DNA of 29,362 nucleotides from Saprolegnia diclina VS20 (lineage: Eukaryota): assembly GCF_000281045.1 (NCBI RefSeq), contig NW_008246072.1, forward strand, positions 1,113,481 through 1,142,842, written 5' to 3'. The translations under genes and the position numbers were made by a program. The notes below the pieces were generated by a model. It saw nothing but the letters and a program-made list of their open reading frames with translations, did no database searches and had not been told where the DNA came from. Positions 8,829 to 18,400 of this stretch are shown here, piece after piece. Within the stretch, counting starts at the first letter, position 1, and each line of letters opens with the position of its first letter.

Positions 8829-10904
8829 CTACATCTCGTCGTCGCAGTACGATTCGCACTTGTTGAAGAGGAGCTTGGTGTCCTTGACGAACGACGCGCC
8901 GTACTCGGCCATGAACATGCCTTCGGGGAACTGGATGCTGGGCACGCGGCTCGCAAAAATCTGTGCGTCGCACGTCAGCGGAAACATCATTTCCCGCGGC
9001 AAGTGCTTCTCGGCGGTTTGCACGTAGATTTGGTCGCCGTCGTCGCGCCACATGTACAGATCGAGATACGGTGTGCCGTGGTCGGACGAGTCGGTGAGCG
9101 ACGACTAGATACGAAATGTGAGATCATGCCATTGCAAATGTCAGACTATACCGAGGGGGCATACAAAAGTGGCGCCAACGGGTGGTGTGGCGCGACGCAC
9201 GCCGCGTGAATCGCGCGCTCAAACACATAGTACCCCTTCTCCCACATGACGTCCTGGAGGTGGTCCCAGTCCGTCTCCCACGGCACGATGATGTCCGTGT
9301 CGGGCGTGTGCGGGATCATGGCCTTGTCCCGCCACGCGCCAAGGAGCGTACCAAAGTAGACAAATGCGACTTGGTCTTCAGCATTGAGCGCATTCAGCAT
9401 GTCTTCCATGAGCAGATGCAGCACGGCCGAGCGGCACGGCCGTCCGGGCGAGGTCTCGAAAAGAGACGACTTGTCGCCATGGCCGACGCCGCACTGCTGC
9501 GGGCGAATCGGAAGGCAGTAGGTCCAGTCCTTGCCCGCACGCAGGCGCGTCACGTTGTTGTGGAACGGCACCAGAATGTCGGCGTGGGCTGGCGCCAGGG
9601 AGAGCGGCACCTTCTTTGCTGCATACACCGCCGTCTTGGCGCGAAAATCGCTATCGTCTTGCAGCGGACAGCGCGGCAGATTCGGCCGCGATTGCATGCG
9701 CTTGGTGATACCGGCGCTGTCACAGTGGGCTTGGCACGACTCGCTCGGGTAGGCAAAGGCGTACGGTATGTTCATGTCGATCGAGACGTTGAAAAAGGCT
9801 GGCGAAAAGTGCGGTGTCTGCACCGAGACGTTGTAGAGGCCGAGGCAGCGCAACGGGAAGAGCTCATGCCGCGCAACTGGCGTCGCGCCCTCGAGAACGT
9901 ACGCTGTCTCGTCGACGCCACCGAGCATGCGTGGCGCCGTCGTCAGCGGTGCAAAGCGGAGGTACGGTACACCGTTGTCCGGGCCCATGACCAGCGGCAG
10001 CTCGGGCGCATACAAGGCACTCGCCAGCGCGTGGTGCGGAGCGATGCACGTGATTCGGGTGCGGAGCTGCGGGTCGTTGAAGTGGGCAAAACCAGCCGCC
10101 CAGAACGACGACGTGAGATCCTCCGTCGCGTCCGTGGCCACCTACACCATCCATGAGCACTGGCAAAGGCGAGCGATGACGCACGTTGAGCGCATAAGCG
10201 TTGGGTGGAAGCGCACCGTACTCATAAATGTGATGCAGCGCAGCGCCAATCGGCGTGGCAAAGGACCCGTGGCGCTCCAGCACCTAACCAGTCGGCGACA
10301 GTCAAGAGAGGAGCTCGATAACGCGGCTACCGTCGTCGCAGCCGACAGAAGGTGGTGCAAAATGGACGACCGGCACTTGCGCTCGCTCGTCGATAGAAGC
10401 GCGTCCATCGAGCCGGCCATGAGCCCGCACTCGAGTGAGTGCATGGGCAGGCAGTCCTTCCACGAGAGTTGCCGCGTCGGGAGGCTTGCATCGGCCGCAC
10501 CGCTACCACACCGGAATGAGCCAGCGCAGAGAGAGTACCGGAGAGAGTACCGGAGGACGCTCACGTGCTCCTTGGACAAGACGAGTGGCGGCGGATGCAC
10601 CGCGCGCGCATCGAGTGCAGCTTGAAATGCGGACGAGAGATACGTGCACGACTCGGTGCGCTTGGGGTACCGCGCCAGCGTCAAGAACCTACGTGCTATG
10701 AGCCACCGATGGCAATGGATGGTCCTACTCGGTGGTGCGGGCGTCGCGGTAATAGACGACGGTCGACAGCAAAAGCAGAAGCAGGACGCTGTAGCGCTTG
10801 GGGGCCTCGAGGAAGCGCGCGCGGAGAAGCGCCGCCTTGTCAAAGGCAATGGCGACCACGTTCTTGGGCCCGCCATCCATGCTGCTGCGACGTCGGTGCG
10901 CCAT
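8829..10904 (-). CDS. Type II membrane LicD/fukutin-family nucleotidyltransferase-fold protein with two tandem LicD-like domains
   Basis: Start ATG at 10904 or 10880. N-terminal anchor KRYSVLLLLLLSTVVYY. Intact motif VYFGTLLGAWRDKAMIPHTPDTDIIV, followed by PYLDLY and LPREMMFPL...EYG. Exons are joined by short GT-AG introns (e.g. 10728-10689). Stop TAG at 8829. Confidence 0.85.
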
Positions 10905-11412
10905 GACGAAGCGCAAACTGCAAACTGCAAAGTTGCAAGGGATGTCGAGGCCAGCTGTAGCAGACGTCCAGTACCGCTTACGTACGATGGTATTGGCCTA
11001 ATCACATGCTTGGGTCGCGCATCGCACTTAATGGACCATCTGGTGCGTCCTCTGGTGTGTCCTTTCCGGACCAGACAACTCCAGATTAACTCCAGATTTC
11101 CTGCCGACGTACTCGGCCGACTACTGATCAAGTGGTGGGCTCACGGCAGGAACGACCGCACCAAGACGGCTTTTCTAGCCGCAGAGATCTCGCGTCATCC
11201 ATACTCCCCTCACGTTACTCACACGTTCTGGACAAAGTCCTTTTCCGCTACAGTGTACTAGTAGTACAGGTTACCAGATTCCAATTCCAGACTCCAGACT
11301 CGGCGATGTTCCAAATCAAGTCTGGCCTGCAATTCACCAACAAGTATCTCGATATTCAACATAATGCATCTCGATAGTCAACGCGAGCCCATACGTGGCG
11401 CTTGGAGCCGTC

Positions 11413-11478
11413 ATAATTCGAGATAGACTTGTTGAAATGAGTTATGATAATTCGAGTTAGCCTAGTCCTTTGAAATGA
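11413..11478 (+). repeat. Imperfect direct repeat pair in an AT-rich intergenic region
   Basis: ataattcgagatagacttgttgaaatga (11413-11440) and ataattcgagttagcctagtcctttgaaatga (11447-11478). Confidence 0.7.
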
Positions 11479-11611
11479 TCTCACGTTGGGGCTCCGCGCA
11501 TAGAGCGTGGTTCCGAAAATGCCAATATTAATCGAATCAAATCATTGAAAAATCATCCAGAACGTAATTCGATCCAACAAATGTGCCAAGTTGCTACCTG
11601 CTGCTATACGA

Positions 11612-13204
11612 TTACGAGTACGCCGGTGGCTGCACCGAGGCGAGATCGAGTCGTCGCCAGCCCCGCGTCTCGTCCTGGCGCAAGACAACTAGCCCGACCT
11701 ATTAGGCGAGGAGGTATTGAGTGGCAGACGTACGTGCAAGGAGGTCGCGGGTTGCTGGCGGCACGAGTGCGGCCGTCGTCGCTGTGCTGTGGCTCACGTC
11801 GGGGCTCACGTTCACCTCGAGAAGCCAGACGCGGAAGGTCTCATCGATGAGAAAGTCGAGGCCGAGCCACTCGAATCCTTCCTAGAGAGCAGACCCGCTC
11901 ACGTCACCTCGGGTCTCTTGCAAGAAGGGTGTGTACCCCAACGCGGCGAAGCTTGGTCGCAACAGACGCCAGAGCCTCGGCGCAGGCAAACTGCATTGCC
12001 GGCCGCAGCGTCGACTCCCATAGTGCTTCGTGGCCAAGCTCTCTACAGCGAAATACCGTTAGCACCAAAGTGTAGGGGTAGGTGTACGCGAGGTGTCGCT
12101 GAAAACGAGGTAGCGGCCACATGTGCTCGGGAATCTCGCCGTGCGCAGCGCTCGTCACGTGCTTTTGAATCGAGTTGTTGCAGAGGTGCATAGTCCTAAT
12201 CGCAGATGACAATAATCTCCACAAAATCATCCCTCGGAGACGACTTGTCCTGAAGGCTGCTCGACGATGCGAGGTTGTAGGCGGTCGATGCAAAGCGCAA
12301 GTAGCACGACTCGTACCAGAACACTTGAAGCGGCGCCACGTCCGTGATGAGAACCCACTGCCGAATGTCAAACTTGCGCCCGTGAATGGTGAGCGGTCGC
12401 TCAATGTACTGCTGAACGACCATCGGGGACGCCCAGATGGCTTCGAGCTCGGCCAGCGACGTCACGAGCTCGATGCCTACGTGCCATGAGACGATGATTG
12501 CTACGCGTAGAGGTCGCACCCCGGCCTTGCGAGAGGCCCGACGGCTTGGCGATCCACAGATTTTGCGTCGCGACAAAGTGATATTGAGGGTCGCAGGCTT
12601 GCAAGTGGCGCAATATCGCTTGAATTTCGTCGTGCTGCGCAGCGGGGATCGAAGTGGCGACCTCGCGCTGCAGCGCGCTGTACAAGCCATCGAGAGCAAG
12701 GGGGTTCAGAAAGGCTGTGTCAACCTAGCGTGGCGTCATGCGTGTGTCCTGGGTATTCGGAAGAAGGACCATGAGGAGGCCATGCGCGCGGGCGACGGAT
12801 GTATCGGGATTGCGTCGCTGGAGCTCGGCGGCGATGGCCAGCGCTGTCGGCAGGTGCGAGGCAAAGGACGTCGGGTGCTTGAGGACAAGCAGCACCTGCG
12901 CGTAGAGAAAGAGATGGCGCCACTCGTCGAGCGAGGCGGCGCTGCGCGGCGCGATGTGGTGCAGGCTGTGGCGAAGCCGGAGGTGCGCGAGGAGCTCGTG
13001 CTTCTGGCTCAGTAGCACCGCGTGCTCGAGATGGTTGACGATGTGCGCTGGCTTGACGTACGCCCACTGCACCTTGGCGTAGTTGACGAAGCGCAGGCGG
13101 CAGGTCGGGAACGTCCAGTGGCGCACGGGCGCCCAGCCGTCAGCCTCGAGACACGCGATAACGTCCGGGTACTTGGGGTCGACGTAGAAGCCCGCTCCTG
13201 CCAT
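11612..13204 (-). CDS. Tubulin-tyrosine ligase-like protein, TTLL3/TTLL8 (glycylase)-like, multi-exon
   Basis: ATG at 13204. Motifs: IVNHLEHAVLLSQKHEL, QNLWIAKPSGLSQGRG|IEL (intron 12519-12477), VVQQYIERPLTIHGRKFDIRQWVL, CYLRFAS, MHLCNNSIQK and FEWLGLDFLIDETFRVWLLEVNVSP. The last exon ends ...QPPAYS* at 11612. Confidence 0.88.
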
Positions 13205-13531
13205 GCCGAAGATATGCCACACCGTCGAAAGCCAAACCTGTTTTACGTTTTATAGGTTTTAGTGGGTTTAATAGGTCGTCAAAGGAACGCCGTGGTTGCT
13301 TGCGGGAGGGTGCGGGACGGTGATGGCTGTGGCCGAGTGCACCGAAAGAAATACGCCTGTATGAAGCTTGGGGGACCCTCTTCACGGCCGGACGGGTCTC
13401 GCCATGCGTCTAGGTAAACTCTACCTTTAACCAACTAAAACCAAGTCGATCCAAACGGTTTTATACTAAACCCAACTACGTAAAAGGTTGTATCCGGAAC
13501 GTCCAAATCCGGACCAGTGGATTGCTGCAAC

Positions 13532-15066
13532 ATGGACGCGATCGAAGCCCGGAACGCGGCTGGCAACGACAAGTACAAGGCTGGCGACTACATAGGCGCG
13601 CGCGCCGAGTACTCGGCGGCGCTCGACCTTCTTGACGAGGTCGACAACGTGGCGCTGCACAGCCGTGTCCTTGCGAACCGGGCGCAGACGTACCTGCAGG
13701 AGCGCGATTGCGCCATGGCCCTTCGCGACGCCGCCGAGGCCATTGCGCTCGACCGCACCAACCTCAAGGCGCACTTGCGCAAGATCGTCGCACTGGAGAA
13801 CCTCGAGAACTTTGAAGCGGCGCTCGCGCACGTGTACGTCCTCCTGCCCCTCGCCGCGTCGTCGCCCGATCACGCCATCTACATGCCGTCAGCGCTCGCG
13901 GCCAAGAACCGGCTGCGCAAGGCGTGCAGCATCGACCGCGCGGCCGCCAAGGCCCAGGCGTACGACGTTGGCAAGCTCGTACATGCCAAGCAGTCGCTTC
14001 GGCTCAACTTTGCGATCGCGTTTCCGCTGGCGCTGCCAGCTAACCACTGGCTCGACGTGACGGTCTTCCTCGCCAATGAGTTTGGCCTCTTCCAGCGCGG
14101 GCTTGTGGCGACACCGCTGCCGCTCGTGTGCGAGCTGCACACGCCTGTGCCTGGCGTGACGATCGAGGTTGACCCATTGCCCGTTGTGCTTGGACTCAAC
14201 GGCAAGACGCACTTTCGACTTCGCTTCACCGCCGACAATGTCGATAGCAAGGGCTTGCCGTCGGTTGCGCTACGTGTCTCGCTCACCAAGGGCCACGGCC
14301 TCAACGACGTCTTGCCCGTCGTCACGCTGCCGCTACAGCTCCTTCCGCCGACGTCCAGCAAGTGGGCACCGGTCGAGCCCTCGACGCCCGACCCGCTCGG
14401 TATCCAGTGCTGCCGCAGCGTTTACGTCGACGAGATCGACACGTACATAACCTTGGCCGAGTCGCCGGGGCATCTCGGTACGCCACTTGCAATAGTTTAG
14501 CACGAAACCGAACCGACTGTCTACATGTAGGTATTGCTGGCAAGCTCTGGGACTCGGCGCTCATTTTGACAACGTACTTGGCGCGGAACCCACAGGTGCT
14601 GGCCGGTAAGCGCGTGCTCGAAGTCGGAAGCGGCCTCGGGCTCGTGGGCATGGTCTGCGCGCATCTCGGAGCGGCGGCCGTGACGCTCACCGACATGGAC
14701 GAAGTCGTGCCCATGCTGCAGTACAACCTCAAACTCAATGCGCTCGAAGCGGTTGCGTCGGCGTCAGCGCTCTGCTGGGGCACGTCGCCAGCGCACTTGT
14801 CGCCGCCGTTCGACGTGGTCGTCATGTCGGACGTCGTCTACGACCCGACGGGCTATGCACCGTTGGTCACGACGCTGCTCGACGTGACGACTCCGTCGAC
14901 GACGATCCTCATGGCGCATCGCTCCCGGCACCCGCAAGAAAAAGACTTTTTCGAGCTCCTCGGTGTGTCCTTTACCACCGAATCGATGCCGCTCCAAGGC
15001 GTTTGGGACCACGAATCCCGCATGACGGACGTGCAGCTGCTACGCCTCTCGCGCCGCGAGCAATAA
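13532..15066 (+). CDS. TPR-domain + METTL21/VCPKMT-type (Methyltransf_16) protein-lysine methyltransferase, 2 exons
   Basis: Exon 1 (13532-14477) carries TPR repeats (ARNAAGNDKYKAGDYIGARAEYSAAL; LANRAQTYL; NLKAHLRK). Intron 14478-14530. Exon 2 (14531-15066) has GIAGKLWDSALIL, VLEVGSGLGLVG, VTLTD, LCWG and FDVVVMSDVVY. Confidence 0.9.
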
Positions 15067-15416
15067 CCCCGTCACTAACCAAGTCGTTGGTCGATACCTC
15101 ACGTCGCTTTAGTGCTGTACGAACGGGAGAGGAGGAACTGACGTGTCGGGTGATTGCACCACGTGGAGCACGTGAAGGGTGGTCTTGTGGCGCAGTGGGC
15201 TTGGCGTCGACCACCGCTACGAGTATAGCTTTTGGTTCCGTCGTGTAGTGCTGTGTCAGGAGTTCATGCTCTGGAGCGGGGTCAAGGGTAATGCCGTCGT
15301 CGTGATGCAACAAGCTCGACGTACGTACAGTAGATGTCGCATGTAAGTACTTTGGTTGGAGATGCTACGAACAGTGGACGCAGGATATAGTGCAAAATGA
15401 ACTTGATATTGCGACG

Positions 15417-18400
15417 CTAAATGTCGTACTCTTCTTGGCGGAAGTCGCCAGCCTCGGCTTCGGATTGGTCGTCGACTTCAAATTCAAACTCACTGTCGGC
15501 CGGGAGGTTGTCGTCCGTGTAGCCTTCTGAGCCCGAGATCATCGAGAGCGTGTCGAGCTGATACGTCTCTTGCGAGCCGCCGTACGCTGGCACACGGCGC
15601 GGGTTCGAGTCCACCCCCGTCGAAACGCTGTGCGTATCGATCGATACCTCGGACATGGTCTTGCGCCGGGGCGCCGGCGCCGGCACCGAGCGATGGTACA
15701 CCGAGTGTTGGTTGCGCATGTACGGGTGCGCGAGGATGGGCGGCTGCGGCTTGGCCGGCGGCTGGTACTGCGGCGGTGGCGCTTGGCGCTGCGGTAGCTG
15801 CGGCGACATGTACTGCGGCACCGTGTGCCGTGCAATTGGTCGCTGCACCGGCGACTGCACCGGCGGCGGCTGATACACCGGCGGTGCCTCCTTTGGCGGC
15901 GACGTGTACAAAGGCGGCACCGACACTTGCTTGGCCGGTGGCGGCTGGAACTGCCGCGGCGTCGGCAGCGACGGCATCGACGCGCGGTTTGGGACGTGAA
16001 CATGCGGCGCTTGCGGCATCGAGAGCGCTTTCGGTCGGCGCAGAGGCGACACCATCGGGAGGTTGCTCGGGGCTTCGACGACCGCGTGCGTCGGCGCGTG
16101 CATCACGTGCGGCGTGTTCATGCGCTGCTGCATCTCTTCGCTCTCGGCGCAAATGCAGCGCATGATCGCGTTGGCATGCGTCGTGCAGTCCATCGGGCGA
16201 CGCACCATGCTCATGTCACCGCTGCCATCGTTGAACGCGAGGAGGATCGGGAACACGTCCAAGTCCGTAATGCACTGGTAGACCGAGAAGCGGCGCTGGC
16301 GCTTGGGCTTCTTGTAGTGGTTCTAGATGACAAAATGGAAAATAGTCGCAGGGGTAGGGCAAGTACCTCGACGATGACGCGGAGGATCTCGAGGATTAGC
16401 GTCGGGTCCTGGTGCTTGCGCTGAATGGGCGCGAAGAGCGACCGAAGACACTCGGGCGACTCGAAGAGCGGCGAGTTGGCAAACACCGCCATGAGCCGCA
16501 GCACGCAAGTCTGCGGGAAGCCCACGGCGCGCTCGGTTTGGCACTGAGCGAGTACGTCAAGGAGGTTCTGCGCCATGTGCTCTTCGTCTTCGAGGTGCGC
16601 CTTGGCGTCGCTGTACTCCTACACAAGTATACGTAGTCGTACACGCAGTACTGTCGCGCCTGTACCCGCAAAATGAACACGAGCGCGTTCGTGAGCTTGT
16701 TGAAGAGACCTGCAAACTCGACGCCGCGGTCGACAAGGTCGGGCAGCGTGTACGGCGCGTCCATCATCGACTGCGCGGCCTTGGGGATGATTTGCTGCAG
16801 CTGGTTTCGCCACACATTGTGGAGCTGCGAGGCCACGTGCACCGGAAACCGGAGCGTCGACGCTTCCGGATTTTGCAAAAAGAGGTCCAAGTACAAGTCG
16901 CCGACGATCGTGCCGTGGTCCCACGCGTTGAAGTCCATGCCGTCGGCCGGAAACGAGAGGAACTTGTCGTGGACGTCGGTCGTGCCTTCGATGCGCGTGA
17001 GCACCTCGTCCATGTGTCCACGCAGCGCGCGGCGCATGTCTTCATTCCAAATGAGCTCGGCGTCGTGCGCGTCTTCTTCAAAGACGGCCTCGAAATTCTC
17101 CGGGTCGTCCATGAGCGTGCTCACCAGCGCAAACGGCAGAAAGTGCCGGAGGTTCTCGACACCCAGTGCTTCGATATCGTCGCTGAAGTTGAGGATCGCA
17201 CCCCAGACCGGCGCCGCCGCCGCGCGGAGCGTCTCGGCCGCCAAATGCGCGTCTTCCGTGTAAAAGTGCCGCGCCTGGATCGTCATCGAGAGCAGTTGAA
17301 GCCATACGTGGCTCTCGAGGAGCCCGATGCAAATGTCGGCACTCGCGCTGCAGAGCGCTTGGAGGCACCCGAGGCTAAAGTCGGCGGTCTCGTCACCGGC
17401 GTACTGCTCGGCTAGGTTGAGCATGGGCTGGCAGAACGGCTCGAGCGCCGAGAGCACCTGCGCGTCGCAGTGCTCGGCGAGCGTCTCCATGCACGCCATG
17501 GCCGCATCGCGGCGCTGGACAGCATCCACATCGATACCCACGGACCCTTCGGAGAGCGGAACGCCGCCGGCCATCGGGTCTTGCGTGAGGTAGAGGCCGA
17601 TCGCGTGAATGAGCGGCGGCTCCGAGAAAGACTCGAGGACGCACTTTTGCACCTGCGTCGGGTGGGCGAGCGTGAGGTGCCGAAAGCAGTCGAGCGCGAG
17701 GAGCGTCTCGGCGTACAGCTCGTCTTGCGGATTCGCGTGCTCATGCAGAAACACGAGCAGCGACTCGCAAAACTCAACGGCGACCGACGACGGCAGACTC
17801 TTGTCGACCGTCGGCTCGTTGTAGATACGCAGGTACACGCCCCCGACGATCGGCTCGCCCATGAGCGTCTCAAATTCAAACTCAGAGGCGGATTGAATCG
17901 CGTCGTACGCGTGGGCAGGAAACTCGAGGACCGTGTCGAGGTACAGGACGACCTCGGACCGCATGGCGTCGTTCCAGATACACTGTGGCTCGTGCGTCTC
18001 GCCAAAGACAAGGCTTAGAATGTGCTCGGGGTCGCCTTGGGTGAGCGCCGGCTTGGACCAAATGGGCAGCAAGGTCGAGAGCGCGCTCTGTACGTTCGGC
18101 GTGGCCTTGCACTCGGGGTCGTACCCGGCGAGCGCTCGCACGCAGCGCAGAGCGGCCCACACGACTTGCTGCTTGGCGGGCTGTGGGCCGTACAGCAAAA
18201 GAAGCTGCAGGCACTGCCACAAGACCGACGATGCCTCCAGGATTGTGGTCTGGGACGTCTCGTGCCGCGCCATGAACGAGAGAATGTCGAGGCCGAGGAT
18301 CGTCATGTTCGGGTGCAGCAGATCCATCGTGATGAGGTCGCAGACGATCTGCACAACAGGGCGAATCGACGGCTTCTTGGCCTCGACCGAATCCTCGAAC

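Noticed and set aside
15181..15245. tRNA-like A-box (ggtcttgTGGCGCAGTGG) downstream of the methyltransferase
   Set aside because: There is no proper GTTCRANYC B-box, anticodon arm or acceptor-stem pairing, and no cloverleaf can be drawn.
14972..15313. Minus-strand 113-aa ORF between the convergent methyltransferase and RME-8-like genes
   Set aside because: It has a non-ATG start, overlaps the methyltransferase end and has no motif; it is probably 3' UTR sequence.
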